From assembly GCA_964016885.1 (NCBI GenBank), contig OZ024740.1, positions 359,972,001 to 360,036,000 on the forward strand: a DNA stretch of 64,000 nt, read 5' to 3'. The notes beneath the pieces were generated by a model that ran no database searches, was not told where the DNA came from, and saw nothing but the letters and a program-made list of their open reading frames with translations. The stretch is from Eledone cirrhosa (Eukaryota). This document shows positions 1 to 15,100 of the stretch, piece by piece. How positions within the stretch are numbered: position 1 is the stretch's first letter; each line of letters opens with the position of its first letter. Made by a program: the position numbers and the translations under genes.

Positions 1-107
1 CGTCAGACATGGAGAAATACAAAAGAATAGCATACGACTTGCCCTTGAAGAATTCATTTTAACCCTGGTGTGACTCTCATGAGAGCCCCTACAGGAATAG
101 ACTAAAT

Positions 108-441
108 CAGAGGTTCTCAAAATGGGCGCTCCCCCCCCCCCCCGGGCGTTGAGTGGTCCAGGGGCCTAAAGAGGTGGTAAGGGTAGAGATGATATAATAG
201 TATATTAAATATTATATGATATAGTATATTAAATATTAAATGATATATAAATATAGTATAAAGTAAAAAAATATATATTTATTTATACATAGCATATATT
301 TATATATAAATTAACGATTTTATTTATTATATATTATTTACAATTTGTGTGTAGGCAGGTCTCTCTGGAAATAGGGTTGGGGCGCTGGGGTATTACGTGG
401 CCATGAGAGGGGCGGTAGCCCAAAAGGTTTGAGAACCTCTT
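108..441. mobile_element. hAT-type MITE
   Basis: TIRs CAGAGGTTCTCAAA / TTTGAGAACCTCT; near-perfect 8-bp TSD gactaaat (100-107) / gtctaaat (442-449). Confidence 0.8.
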
Positions 442-1035
442 GTCTAAATGATAGAGGAAATGCAGTATATCTGTTCTGTTACACAACGTTATGCCCCATA
501 CGTTAAAGAAGGCGGTGCCACAGTGTATAGTGTTGCCATATACTAGTCCCAGGTATTCGACAGACTACAAATATACGACAGCTCTGCATGGCCAGAAAAA
601 GGAAAGTCTGTTTTTAATACGTTATAAAAATGGTAGTGATTTCTAATTTTGGCCAAATGCTAGCAATTTGGTGGAAAAAGGAGAGTCGATTATATCGATC
701 CTAGTATGTTACTGGTACTTTATTTTATCGATCTCTGAAAGATAACAGGAAAAGTTTACTTCGGCAGAATTTGAACTCTGAAAGTAAAGAGCCGTAACTA
801 TAAGACATATGACATTTCGAGCGACGAAATAATTATTCCAATTTACTGCCCTAATTTCTTACAGATACATAAGACCAGATATTTGTCAGGGGAGAATAGC
901 CGATCCTATTGCGCTCAGACTGGTATTTTATTTATCGACCCCGAAATGACGAAAGGTAAAGTTGACTCGGCACGATTTGAACTCAGAATCTAAAGATCAG
1001 GAATAAATCCACAAACATTTTCTGTCAATCCAACG

Positions 1036-1213
1036 CGCGGCAGTATCGGTAGAGGGTCGGGTGCCATGCTTTGACGCATAGAGTTATGGCCCTTGCCATT
1101 CTGAGTTCAAATCCTGCCGAGGTTAACTTTGCCTTTCATCCTTGGTCGATAAAATAAAGTACCAGTAATGCACTGAGTAATTGCTGGCCTTGTGCCAAAA
1201 GTAGAAACAATTA
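1036..1213 (+). mobile_element. tRNA-derived SINE (Octopus-type family)
   Basis: A-box-like ggcagtatcggtagag, B box gttcaaatcc, body gccgaggttaactttgcctttcatcc...gataaaataaagtaccagt, tail gctggccttgtgccaaaagtagaaacaatta; many copies in the window. Confidence 0.85.
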
Positions 1214-1613
1214 TCTATATAGTACTAAACTCTGTGATAGTGTGCTTGTCTGTAATTTAATACAGACAAAACGGCGCATAATGGGAAAATACTTTGAAAG
1301 GAAGTTGCCCCTGGAATGGGAATAACAATGGATATAAAAGAAGTTTCGCGTAAATCGGAGCACGGGTTCCCGATATACGGAGTTTTTCCGGGTACCTTAA
1401 TAAATAGAGAGAGACAGATAAAGAGGTTGTGATAGCGGTTGAACGAGAGAGAGGGAGAGAGAGTACACACACATATATATGGGCCTTCCAATTTCATTTT
1501 ACATTATATACATGTCTGTATATTTTAATTATTTAAAAATTATCTTTAAGTGAACATGATTTTTTTTTAATATTTTTAAGTGAACGTGACCCAACGGGTC
1601 ACGGGTGGTCTAG
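1214..1613 (+). mobile_element. Non-autonomous Helitron, full length (family A)
   Basis: Inserted at A|T; 5' TCTATATAG; 3' hairpin GTGACCCAACGGGTCAC followed by terminal CTAG (1610-1613); other copies near 28.3, 28.8-29.4 and 53.4 kb. Confidence 0.85.
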
Positions 1614-2675
1614 TTTTTTCTAACATTGGTACAAATCAGCAATTTGAGGGAAGAGAAAATTATACTCACTCTGGAAGGATGAAAAGCAAGGCTAACCTCG
1701 GAGGGATTTGAACTCATGACGTAGAAAGTAATAACTAAATACTGCAAAGCATTTTGTCCAACGCTCTACCGACACTGCTAATCCACTGCTCTTCATTAAT
1801 AGCTTTTAATTTTGGCACAAAGGCCCGAAATGTTGGGGAGAGGGTAAAATTAATTGTATCGACTTGAGTGGTACTTTAATGTATCCACCTCAGACGGATG
1901 AAAGGTAAAGTTAACTGTTAAGTATTTTATCCGACCCCCTAATGATTTTGCCAATCTACCGCCCTTAAAATAAATCCCAGTATTGAACTAGTATTTTTTT
2001 AACTTGAAAGGTTGAAAAGTAAAGTTGACATTGGCGGAATTTAAACTCAGAGTGTAGAGAGTCGAATAAATACCGCGGAACATTATATCGGACGCTCCAA
2101 CGCCTCTGCCAACCCACCTCCATATCCAACGTTAATAATGGTCTCTAATTTAGACACATAGCCAGTAATTTGTGAGAAAGGGGAAGTTGATTATATTGAC
2201 ACCAGTACTTTACTGTTATTTTATTTTATCGACCCCGGAAAGATGAAAGGTAAAGTTGAAACTAAATACTACAAAGCATTTTGTCCGACGCTCTACTGAT
2301 ATTGCCAATCCACCACCCTCACCAACGACTATAATAAACATGATTTCTTTTATTGGTAAATGTGAGCCCAAGATGTCTGGAACAGTACTAAGACGAAACA
2401 GACGAAAACAACAACAATAAAATACTTGGTGGGGCGAGTAGATAGAGTAAAAATAAAGGTGAAATCAACAAAAATAATATATAACAATATATAACAATAA
2501 AATGTCAACAAGTAAGGTTAGTTGTTCAAGACACCTCACACATCAGGTTACTCTCATACATTAAATGCAAAACTGACGTCCTTGAAATAATATTATGTTT
2601 ATGTGTTGGTTTGTCCGTCAAAACCCAAATAAAGACCAGTTATTATGTTAAAACAACGACTTTTATGCAGCCCCC

Positions 2676-2707
<32 letters not shown>

Positions 2708-3089
2708 ACTTTTCAATCCTTCACCTTCAGACTTAGAAATATTTACATTGATATGTTCATCCTCAAACAACGCTTTAGAATTATTGCGAATTAGAGTTTC
2801 CACCCAGAATGTTCTGAAGTCACCTACTCCCGCACCCCACCCCCAAACACCAAAGCCAAGCGAAGGTGCTGCATTTATGACAAATCAACCAAAGGGATTT
2901 CGATTATAATCACTTCGATGTGTATTCAATGTAGTGACCAACACTCATTAATTACATCTCTACTGCTTTTAAAATTGGGACAAGATTCCTAAAGTACTAA
3001 CTAAATCGTTAGACATTTCACTTTAAGTAGGATACTTACCTACCTACCTACCTACATACCTACCTACCTACCTGTCTACCTACCTACCT

Positions 3090-3298
3090 CAGACCTGCCA
3101 ACCCCTAAAAACCCAAACGGGGGAGTACCATGAAAAAAAATGCCCCAAAAAGAGGAGAAATGGGGGAAAATGAGATTTTACATAATTGTTTCTACTTATA
3201 ATGAAAGCTATACCCATTTTCACAAGAGAAGACATCTCTCACCCACCCGAAAGTGGGTGGGAGATCTCCCCGTTGGACGGGGAGGGTTGACAGGTCTG
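3090..3298. mobile_element. MITE with CAGACCTG termini (hAT-like)
   Basis: TIRs CAGACCTGCCAACCC / GGGTTGACAGGTCTG; no TSD recognisable. Confidence 0.6.
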
Positions 3299-4278
3299 AT
3301 ATATAATATACACACACACAAGCCATCGAAGGAGCACAAGGTACAATGATACAAAGACAATACTATCGATAAGAAATTCACAACACACTACACTTACCAG
3401 CTCTCATCTTGACCAATGTCCGTGATTCGGAGGGGTAACAGCTTTAGTGGTGGTGATGATGGTGGTAGCAGCAGCAACAGTAGCTGCAGTAGTGATAGTG
3501 GTAGTAGAAGTGATGTCTTTTGCCTAGGCCAGAAGATCTTTTTGTCAGGAGAAAGTGAATAGTGAAGAGAAATGACTCCAGTTTATCACTGGTACTCGCT
3601 TTAGCTATTACCATATAAATGAGAAAAGAAAGCACCCCAACCATTTATAATAATTGTTTCTACTTTTTATAATTGTTTCTACTTTACCATTTATAATAAT
3701 GAACAGGGATAGTACATGAGTCCATGCGGAGGTAGATCTCTTTAAATGTAACGAGACGCAGCCAGTGTCAAGTTTGCGACCATTTCCGATATAAAATATC
3801 GTTTGTGTCATCAGAGAAAAAAATCTACTTGTATTGGTTCAGACGAACTCCAAATGTTTGTCTATTTTGCCTACATGTCTGTCTGTATGTCTAGATGTGT
3901 ACCTCCTTAACACGCTCTTTCTTCCCCACCCCTCTCTTTCTAATATCTTTTCCTCTATGTAAACTATTTCTCATTTCGTGCTTCCCCTTCACTCTTTCAT
4001 TATATCTCTTACTTCAATTTCTACCCCTTTACGTTTTGTTCCTCCTTCTCCTTGTTTTTTTTACTATCTATCTCTCTATCTCTCTCTCTATCTCTCTATC
4101 TCTCTGTCTGGTGTTTTAGTCTGTGTGACTGTCTCTGTCGAGTTTACTTCCCTGCCTACCTCTCTACCTTTCTATTTGTCTTTCTGTCCGTCGATACATC
4201 TACTTCCCTAACTTTCTACCTGCCCATCTCTCTACCTGCCTATCTCTCAACCTGCCAACATCTCTATCTCTCTATTTC

Positions 4279-4316
<38 letters not shown>

Positions 4317-4925
4317 GAAACATCTACCTGCCTTCCTATCTACCCCCCCCCTCTCTCTCTCTCTATCTATCTATCTATCTGTCTGCCTGTAGAGATTTCT
4401 ACCCGCCTAACTCTCTACCTGTCTATCAGTCTACCCGTCTACAAGTCTACCTACCTACCTACCAACCTACCTACCTACCTACATGCCTACACATACATTC
4501 ATGCATACATAACAACCTACCTACCAACTAATCTTCCAACTTACCTCACCTTTCTGCCCAATAACCTACCTATCTACCAACCCGCGTACAAACCTATCTA
4601 CATACCTACCTATTTACCTGCCAATCTAGCCACCTAACCAACTATATCTCTACTCACTACTTATTTATCTTCTCCTTTTGTCTCTTCCTCTAACTACAAG
4701 ACTGAACATATATATATTATATATATATATATATATTGTATTGGTTTTTTTCCCCAGCTTACACAAAGTCTGAGGATAAAATTTTTCTTCTTGACTTGTT
4801 TTGAATTAAGATTGAATTATTTATCCCATATCTTACGTTAAACATGTTTCATCTTGATGTTATAGTCACTTATATGTCTGAATTATTGTCGGCTTTTTGC
4901 TTACATTAATTTCTCTATTTTCATT

Positions 4926-5042
<117 letters not shown>

Positions 5043-5454
5043 GTCTATTCCTCATACCATTCTTCACTAATACAGACATCATTATAAACAACCCCCCAGT
5101 CGTTCCCCCGTCGCCATCTCCTTATCTCAACCTGGGCACAGTTTGATTTTATCAAATAGTTCTCATGCTATGTACCATAACCTTCTCGTCATACACCAGT
5201 TCTTTCTTTCTTTCTTTCTTTCTTATTCTTTTCTTTTTTTCACCTTTTGTTTTTCTAATTTAACTCTCTACTCTTTCTTTTAATACATTTGTTTCTCCCT
5301 CTTTCTTTCTTCTTCCATTTTCCATTTTCCTTCGCTCTTTCTCTTCTCTTCCATGTTTTATGTTCACACTTCAACCTAGGGACCATTTGCTTAGTATGTT
5401 GCACAATCAACAGCCCCTCCACCACCACTAGCATCACACGCTGTGTGTGTTGGA

Positions 5455-5620
5455 CTTCCGTCGGTTACGACGGCGAGTGATCCTATTGTTCAACCAACGA
5501 AACAGCGAGCTCGTGGAATTAAAATGTCTTGCTCAAGAACACAACACGCTGCCGGGAATCAAGCTCACGACTTTACGATCGTGAGCCGAACACCTTAACC
5601 ACTAAGCTACGTGCCTTCAC
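5455..5620 (-). mobile_element. Second tRNA-derived SINE family (related copy at 44225-44440, plus strand)
   Basis: Reverse complement begins ggcacgtagcttagtggttaaggtgttcggctcacgatcgtaaagtcgtgagcttgattccc (tRNA-like head), then the gagcaagaca motif shared with the 44225 copy. Confidence 0.65.
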
Positions 5621-5622
5621 TG

Positions 5623-5666
<44 letters not shown>

Positions 5667-5921
5667 GATGGAGTTGGATAGAACAAAGGAGAGGCACAAA
5701 ATAACAAATTAGTCACTGAGAAGCTTACATAATGTGTGACGAAAGAGCTTTGACAATAAATAAACAACCATCCGGTTATTAAACCAACCAACTGGAAATT
5801 TGTAATAAATTGACGTGAAAACCAATAGATGCGTGTGTTTTGATTGGCAGCATGACCCTCCCAAAGTACAACAATATCTGTTTCATAAAAGAAATCTTGC
5901 AAAACAAATACAAAACCGAAG

Positions 5922-6021
<100 letters not shown>

Positions 6022-6781
6022 AGAAATAACAACACAAACGGTACAGTATATAGAAGGAATATATTAGTTTAACACTTGAAATAACAGGAAGAGGGTCTTA
6101 TCGTTTCGGAAGTTAGTCATTCATCAGAAGAAAGAATGAGAAATTAGAAAGATTGAAGGGACGGTCAAGGCGGAATCGGAAAAAATGTTTTTAGAGAAAA
6201 ATAATAGGTCCATTCATGTTACCATCACTTGGAAAACTATTGATGCTGGCGTTTTATGTATGATATACTTAGTGTATAAAACGTTAACAATTCTTAGGTT
6301 CGTGCTAATGATAATTTTAGGGATGTAGCTTGACCATTGAAATATGTATACAGATTTTTGCAACATTAAAACTTGTCTCTTTGCTGCCATAAAACGGAAT
6401 TCTTATTGTCATTCAAGATTCCAACAAGTAGCTTCCCTTGTGAGAGGTAATTTGACTCACCCGTCTCAAAAGTAAACATGAAATGAAGCTGTAAAATAAA
6501 TTAAACAAAATATCTATGCCTGCCTTCTACAGAATATACAATTTCTAGCCGTTTATTTAAATGTGACTGTACAAACTTACCAAAATTATTGTAATCTTCA
6601 GTCGAAGGAAAGGGTTTATCCTGTGTGTCTGTCACACCCGTAAGAAAGAAATATGCAGGTGTTTTGGAGGCAGGAGTGCTTCCTTCGAGTTTCTCCGCAT
6701 TTATAGTTACATTCGAAACGTCCGTATCCAGGATTGGGCTTATTTCGTCGAAATGGCACTGTGAAGATATTAAAGACATAC

Positions 6782-6841
<60 letters not shown>

Positions 6842-6921
6842 TAAAATGTGGAGAAGGAGCACACGAGTTGGAATATATATATATATATAAATAAGGAGAA
6901 AAAACGATTATTATATATCTC

Positions 6922-7010
<89 letters not shown>

Positions 7011-8550
7011 AGAAGTAGTTGCAGATGTTAAAGTCCTTTATTGATAAGATAGTGATACATATTTCAATGACAACAGTGGCCCTGCGATTCCGCGCAACCA
7101 GTGCCATGATCACATCAGACAGCTTCATTACATAATAAGATTACGTTCTCGAGGCATTCCAAACTAAAACGACAAAGGAACAGACAAAGACGATGTTTTT
7201 GAAGCCTTAGCCCATTCCCTTGTGAGCCCTAATTCCCCTGCACAACCTTACGCAGGCGCAAATGTGAAGGATGTTGACCATCTAATTTCCTTCGCATTTC
7301 GTTTATGAAAATGAAAGAAACTTAGGAAATGTAGACTTAGATAAATTATGCCTGAACTATAAAAAATAATTTTTCTACATTTGGCACAAGGCCAGCAATT
7401 ATCTCAGTGCATTACTGGTGCAGATCATACCTTAAAAGAAGGGCTCACTGTCCATTGTAGTTCTAGTTATGCAGAAAGGCTATCATGCTAAGAACGGCTT
7501 TTGATCATAAGTTTGCTTAACAGGGGTGACCTGAGGCTAAACAACAACTTAAGAGCAACAACAAAGGGTGTATAAAGGCATTAAGTAAGGACGGAGACAC
7601 CTGAACATTGTTGTATTTAGTTTCGTCCTATAGGGTTTTCAGTTCAAAATTTGCTAAACTCGATTTTATCGTTAATTCCTTTAGTCTATAAAAAAAATCG
7701 ATCGATTACACACACTAACCTACAATAAACTAATCTTGTTTCGTAAGAGGTATATATTTGGCTCCCTTACCTTTGCAAAAAAATAAAAATTACCGTTCAA
7801 TAAAGAGAAATATTTTGATACCCTTTATACCCTTTGATACCCTTTATACACACCATATATACCACAGCAAATTGGGGAAGATATGGTAGAGAAATCTAAA
7901 CAGCGGCCATATTTGAAATGGGAGATGTTTAGGAATTTCCGGTTATATGTTGACTGAGTTACTATTCTTGGTTTACAGGAGTTTTTTTTTTTTTGGGGGG
8001 GGGGGGGTACTCTGTTTGGCTATACTTAACGCAGTTGCTTTTGTTATTGTTGCTGTTGATTTTGTTGTTATTGGTTGATGGTGGTAATTGTTTTACTGAA
8101 GTTGTTATAAGGATGTGGCGTGATCGTTTACAAGCAGATTATGGCTCGGTGGAATATAAACGCAGAACAAAGTCAGTGGAATGTGTTTGGGTCTCTACAT
8201 TGATCTCACAACTGTGTTGGTGTTTCTCGGCTAAGGTAACGGAATGAGGGGCAGCAATAATCACCCTTTGTCAGATACCACATACAACACTCATACAACT
8301 CTCACATTTTTCTCCTCCCCCACCTTTCTCATACACAGACACATTCACATTATTTATTCTTTTCTTTCTTTCACACCTACCCACCACCACCACTACTCAT
8401 ATTCTTCACTTTCAATATCTTTCTCCCTTCCCTATAAATCTGAATATTTCCCTCTATACCATATGCATATACTTTTTGTCTTTCACTCTCTATTATCTTT
8501 AATGTGTATATATATACACACATTTATATATATATACACTCTATTATCTT

Positions 8551-8605
<55 letters not shown>

Positions 8606-10269
8606 CTTTACCTCCCACCACTTATAAATATATTTTTATATAATATATAACGCAATAGGAAGCAATCAAATCACAAATGAGTGACTGAGTGACAATAGGA
8701 GAAATAAAATATCCACCAAATACACATACTCTTTCACCCCCTCCCCTTCCCTCTCTATCTCTATCACTCATATATACACAGAATCACACACACGTACACA
8801 TATACATATAAGCTTTGTGTGCTTTGAGTGTGTAGAAGTGTTTACTTAGAGGTCTGTAAATTCATTTACTTGCATGTAAGCCCGTCTGTACATATAGATA
8901 TATACATACATGTAGGTTATTCCGGTGATCGAATAACTGGAATACTCATCCTCGAAACCGACGGAGGCCCATTTCTATCGCTAATATTGTCACTTTTTAA
9001 AATTATTTATTTTTGTCAATTCTGTTTTCATGTGTCTTGCGACAATGAAGAATTTCTCTATTCAATTATTTCGTTTGTTTGTTTGTTTTTTGCCTTTTTG
9101 TCTGTTTTTGTGTTGTTTTTATTATCAATTAAACTCCAACTTGTTCAGAATGTCCTGATTTGTATTAATTAAAATAAATGGAAAAAATTATCCTCTTTAT
9201 CAGGAGCTACCAAAAAGAACGTCTTGTCACAAGAAACAAAAAGAACGAAAAATGATGATGATTTCTCATTTAATCACAAAACCAACAATTTGGGGGAGGG
9301 GGTGCAATTAAATCGACCCGAGTACTCGACTGGTACTGTATTTTATCGAACCTGAAAAGATAAATGTCGAAGTGGGGTTTGAACTAAGGAGGTAAAGAGC
9401 AGGAAAAAGGGCCTTTTTCGTCACTCTAACCATTCTACCAATTCACCAATTTTTTATTGGTCATAAGGACGTTGGTTGGGAGGGGGTAGTAAAAGGGACA
9501 AAATATAAAACTGGGAGTTTACATCGAGTAAGAAATATGAATAATAACAAATAACAATAAAATTGACAACAAAGAAAACGTTCCCAAAAGTGGGGAGTTA
9601 CCTTGGGCCAATAACCCCACAGATCCAGGGTTACTATAACAACCGAGGGCTGGTGGCCAGTTACAATTGTCATTCTTCAGCCTTCAAGGGGAACTCAACG
9701 GGGTCATCTTTCAACAAATTTACTGGGTAGTGGAGTAGTACCTTCCCTCCTATCATCACCTTCCTCCTTCAAGTAAAACTTGAGGGCATAACCAAATTGG
9801 AGGGTGTTTCTCTTTAGTCCTTTCAGTTATGTCAACCACTCAACTTCTTTCACTATAGTCACCAGACAGAAGAAAGCTGCCTGCTAATAGTGGCCAAAGG
9901 AGGGTGGTAAGGCAATGTTTGCGAAGGATAATTGTGTCCATTATACATGCGACAACAGCTGTAGCTAAAACTTCACAACTCAACAAATCTCTGACACTGA
10001 ACGAATACGAGCAGAGCACTTTCGTCGCTTTGCTTGCATATCGGAAAAATCTGGATGACGACATTTTCAAACCAGTAGAGTTTGATGTGAACCAGTAATA
10101 CCTCCCTATTAACACTGTAAGGTCAGGAGTTTCTGGAAGTTAACCATCGTCTCCTGGTGGAAGGTCTTCTGGAAAATACCAGCCAGTTGATAATTAAATG
10201 CTATATTACCGATTCTGAGATTCGGTTTCGATTTTCGGCTGAAAGCATTCCGCAACACTTATAATACAA

Positions 10270-10868
10270 CTAGCAGTGGTACCCGGCGTTGCACGAGATA
10301 AGGTATTTTGGAAGGCGGGCCGCCAACAGACCTAATCGTGGAAAAACTGCATGCCTGGACAATATGTAAAGAAAATAAACCGAATACTCTGATGGTTGGA
10401 TAATCTAAGATTTTCCTCGATGAAGCAGGAAAAAGGCAGGTTTTCACCTAATGCTGGCCCTAGGCCATAAAAAATCAAGGGGGATCAAGAAAATGAATTT
10501 TTTTTATGTGCATAATATGCCTTGAAATTTCGGGGAAATCGGCTAGACGTAACGCCTCAAAAAAGCCCTAAAAAGCTGAAAAAAAATGAAGTTTTTCACC
10601 TAATGCGGGCCCTAGGCCATAAAAAAGTTGGATTTTCTTGGCTCACGGTATGAAGAAGACAGTGACTAATACATAGTAACAATTTCAAGGAAATCGGTCT
10701 GACGTAACGCCTCAAAAGACCCCTAAAAAGCTTAAAAAACGCAGTTTTTCACCTAATGCGGGGCCCTAGAGGATCAAAAAGTTAAAAAAAATATATGTGC
10801 ATAACACTCCTTGAAATATAAGTAATACACATGTAAAGTTTGAAAAAGATCGGTTGGGTACTTCTCGG

Positions 10869-10962
<94 letters not shown>

Positions 10963-10996
10963 TCCTTTCTCAGTTTTATATATATACATATATAGA
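10270..10996 (-). mobile_element. Non-autonomous Helitron (family B) with internal tandem repeats and a (CA)n tract
   Basis: Minus strand 5' TCTATATAT...AAAACTG; 3' imperfect hairpin (ctcgtgcaacgccggg) then CTAG at 10270-10273; A|T target; three internal copies of gtttttcacctaatgc(g/t)ggcccta. Confidence 0.8.
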
Positions 10997-11013
10997 TTAA
11001 AATAACAGATTAA

Positions 11014-11064
11014 AGTTTAAGCAAAGAATCGTTGCTTTCACCCTTAACGGGATCTTCTGAAACT
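11014..11064 (-). ncRNA. Type I hammerhead-like motif with U4A core variant
   Basis: Minus: agttt-CAGAAGA-tccc gttaa gggt-GAAA-gca acgattctt tgc-TT-aaact; stems I, II and III can all form. Confidence 0.5.
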
Positions 11065-12417
11065 AAAAACATCAATCTGTGAACGCAGAAGTAAATATTT
11101 CGAAAAACGTTGCAACCGAAGGAAAACAGGAAGACGATACTTTGGTTCGTGAAGACGTTCCCTGGCAATGAACGGATAATACCGAACATAATACGTCATC
11201 AATGTTCGTCAGAATGTCGTAATGCAGACAGCCAGGCATACAGACAGATATTATAAGAGCGTGATGGAGATGGATAACCGGCGCCTAACACCCCTTTAAC
11301 AACAGAAAATTGAAAAATAAAAGCTGCAGTTAATATCTTTAGACCGCAAGGAATATATAAATGCAACTTTGAAGTCAATCGGAGTAGAAATGTGGATTTG
11401 TATAGACTTTGCAAAAATGAGGGGACACACACACACAGACAACATCAGTTTTATATATATAGATGGCGTTTAGAAATGCATTGTCGCTACACCAAAATTT
11501 CATTTGTTGCCTCTTTAAATATATAGCCTAGTGTCTAAATAAGAAATAATTTTTAATCTCGGGTTTCGTGACCCAATTGTGCTCCCCGATTGGCATAATT
11601 CCGCTGTCCTTTAAAATAAAACATATACTTCATACCTTCCCAGTTCCTTCCTTTTACACGGCTTAAAAGAACATTTCATATAACATCGTAACATTTATAT
11701 AATTAGTAATTTCGAAAAAGGCAGGAATATTACAAATTTCAATTTGCATTAAACCCATTAAACTCACTATCTTGAGAAGGAGAGCATGCCAAAATTATGG
11801 ACATATTTCACCTCCAACTTCACACTAACGTGCCAAAGAAGGTACCTCAGCGCGTTCACTCAATCTGTTAGAAATAGAAGGGAAATCTCCCTCAAACTAC
11901 AGCATTCCGAGTAATGTATTAAATATGAGAAGATGGTCACGGCTGGAATGCATTTTATCATAGGTCCGGTCGATAAGAGCTAACAATAACCACAGATTAA
12001 AATGTAGGGAAAACAACACCAAAAGAAAAAAAGAACTTCCTGTTTACCTTCTCTTCAATAAAAAATTTGTTAAAAAAAAACTTACATCGAGCAACAATAC
12101 TTCATATAAGAAACAATTAAAATATTCTCATCGTGGTAACATGACCGCTAGAATATTTGAACCTGTTGTTGACTTGTTAAGTAACACAACGAAGATTGAC
12201 AGAACGAAGGGCGAAAGAAAAAGGAAAGGAAACAAAAGAAAAGGCATCAGAAAGATCACCGGAAATTTCAGATATCGGTGAAGGTCAGTGAACAATATAT
12301 AATTTTTGACGAAAATAACCTCTATGTATGTAGAATTTCTCTCACAGTGAAACCTTCAAGCTAAACATGAAATGTTTTTACCTAGATATTTTATTCGGTA
12401 TTCGTCCCACTTATATA

Positions 12418-12460
<43 letters not shown>

Positions 12461-12787
12461 ATTTGGTGGTGGTAGTGGTGGCGGTAGTAGTAGTAGTAGT
12501 AGTAACAGCTTGTGTTCTAACGTGACGACAGCGAAGTCTAACTATGTATAAAAGCCAATGGACAAAAAAGCCACCAACATGCAGGTCCTTCCCAAGCTTT
12601 TGTATTCTGTCCCCAGACGCACAAACAATTGCAACCAAGAACAGCTGGCGCAATAAACTTTTGTGTTCGATGGCAACCATGCACCTGTCATATTTCAGCG
12701 CGCATTTCAAAAAAAAAAAAAAAACTATCGTGACACAACATGTGGTTTTTAGGAGGAAAGAAAAACATAGACGCACTAATTGTGAGC

Positions 12788-12847
<60 letters not shown>

Positions 12848-13323
12848 GTGAGCACATACAAGTATATATTACAGTTATGTAATAACCAATAGACATGGTT
12901 AAATGGCTCAGATTTCAGTCCAATTGTGTATGTGCGGCACCTTGGCTAAGTGTCTTCTACTATAGCCTTAGGTTGACCAATGCCTTACGAATGGAATTTG
13001 GTTGACGGAAACTGCAGAAACCCGTCCTATGGAAAAATAGATACTGGGGTTGATATGATCAACTAAATTAAGCCGGTAACCCAGTATGGTCGCAGTGTAA
13101 TTACTGAAAAGAGTAAAAGAATCTGTATATATATATATAATGAAGAAGTTAGGTCAGTGTACTTGGATCTTACATCATTTTATTACTGTGGTATCTATTA
13201 TGTAGTAGATACGACCTCATCAGACAGCTACTGTGTAATCTTTTGTTTAACGTGTGATATGTCCCGGGCGGGTTTTGATGTTGCTCCTCCAACATTCAGC
13301 TGACATGTCACAATATATATACA

Positions 13324-13466
<143 letters not shown>

Positions 13467-13759
13467 TTTTATAGTTTAAATGAAGTACTGTGAGATATGT
13501 GGCTAAGATTGTTTGGGGAACGCCAGTATAATGCGAATTGGAAATACAAGAACAAAACATAACAATAGTTTTTACCTTATATTTCGTTTATATTTCGATG
13601 TTAGATCTACTTTTCTGAAAGAAAGAATCGGAGCTGTCCCATGGATAGCCAATTGGCTCCATACAACTTGAACCTATTATTTATAATCGTTTTAAATCTG
13701 TTGATGAAAATAACCTCTTTAATGCGTAGATTTCCGATGTTTCTACATTTCCCTTTTAA

Positions 13760-15100
13760 ATAATACACGGTACTCCAGACACCATTGCTTCCACCATCAT
13801 CTCACATCTCGTGGTTTCCTCTTAAACTTCCACGCTACCTTTTACTCCTCCTCCATCATCGTACCTGTCCTTGCCCATATTTCATGTCCCCTCATGCGCA
13901 CCGCAATTTCTCAAATTTTCACTCTGGACCAACACCTCCTTCAAGCCAACATTTTCATCTACTTTCGCATCACCCTTGCGTAATCTATAGTCCTCTTCGT
14001 TCGACACCTAAACCGTCTGCTCTTCGATTTTCACCCACACAAAAACCCCACAAATTTTACTCACTTCTCCACGCCACCACTATCTCGATCCCTTCGTGTC
14101 ACATCACCCAAACTGCTTCCACCGTCCTTTCCGCAGCTCATCCATTTAACACCCCTACTCCACCTTCACCCATCCATTACTTTCCAGCCCCGACAACTCC
14201 ACTAAATGCTGTTGTCATTCTAACGCCTGATCTCCCGCTTTCCGAAACTAAACGCTCGCTTTTCTGCAGGAGTCATCGTGTCATATTCCACACACGTCCA
14301 TTTTCATACCTGAACTGATGTTTATAAGTTTCTGCACCACACTGTGTATTTTCTTCCAATGTTCTCCACCAGCACACAAGTGTCAGGATCGCTTCTTAGA
14401 CTTGGATCTGGCCAATGCAGCACACTGCACCTGTTTGTTAGTGCATGCACTAATGCAGTGAACCGCTTCAATTTCTAGAATCACGCCCAATGCTCTAATC
14501 TCACCTGAGCCGAGCTCTGCGGTACCTCTGACACCGTGATAACATCGTCATAAAATCAGCTGTTAACTCTGGACTCGTGATGGTGTGGTGCGCCGACACC
14601 TACATGACGTAGACACTCCAACAGCTTCACAACCCCACCTATACCCTCCGGCCCCACACACCGCTACCCACAGCTTGTTACCTTCATCATCCGCACATTT
14701 CTCTGTTCCTCGCTCCCTCATCGCTACATACTTTATCATCCGTACTCCTCGCACTTTTAGCATTTATTGCTTCCTCAAGACCTATAAGCCTAACAACCCT
14801 GGCCACCCCATAATTCCGCTTGCTACTACCCAACTGAACTAATATTCAAGTACCTCTAACTCAGGCTCTCCCTTAGGTGCTTCCATTTCTTTCCACATCT
14901 ACGACACCAACCACGCCATGTTGTCATCTCGTGTTACAATAGCGTGTATAGTACCATGTGTTCTTAAAACGCTAATTCACCAGCTTCTCCATTTCAAATT
15001 CCACTTACTTTTTATTGTATCTGAAAGAGCTGGTCGTATTTAAGGCTCGAAACTGTTTGGTAATGCAGCAATATAAGACAAAGTCTTAATATAAATAAAT
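13760..15100 (+). mobile_element. Decayed Penelope-like retroelement (RT N-terminal region and 3' terminus with HHR relic)
   Basis: Translated fragments IVIKSAVNSGLVMVW (cf. IVIKPADKGGAVVV) and PRTFSIYCFLKTYKPNNPGHPII (cf. FYxLPKIHKPxxPGRPIVS) resemble PLE RT; HHR relic at 15015-15076; boundaries approximate. Confidence 0.7.

Larger units (their letters stand above)
640..2330 (-). mobile_element. Cluster of about six diverged, same-orientation copies of a tRNA-derived SINE
   Basis: Recurrent ctggtactttattttatcgaccc...gaaaggtaaagttgac...gatttgaactcaga (reverse complement of the SINE body and B box) near 710, 920, 1680, 1870, 1990 and 2210. Confidence 0.75.

Noticed and set aside
7040-7125. 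Possible minus-strand HHR (CTGATGT...GAAA-tatgta-TC)
   Set aside because: Core A9 is mutated and stem I has only 2 bp; too weak to call
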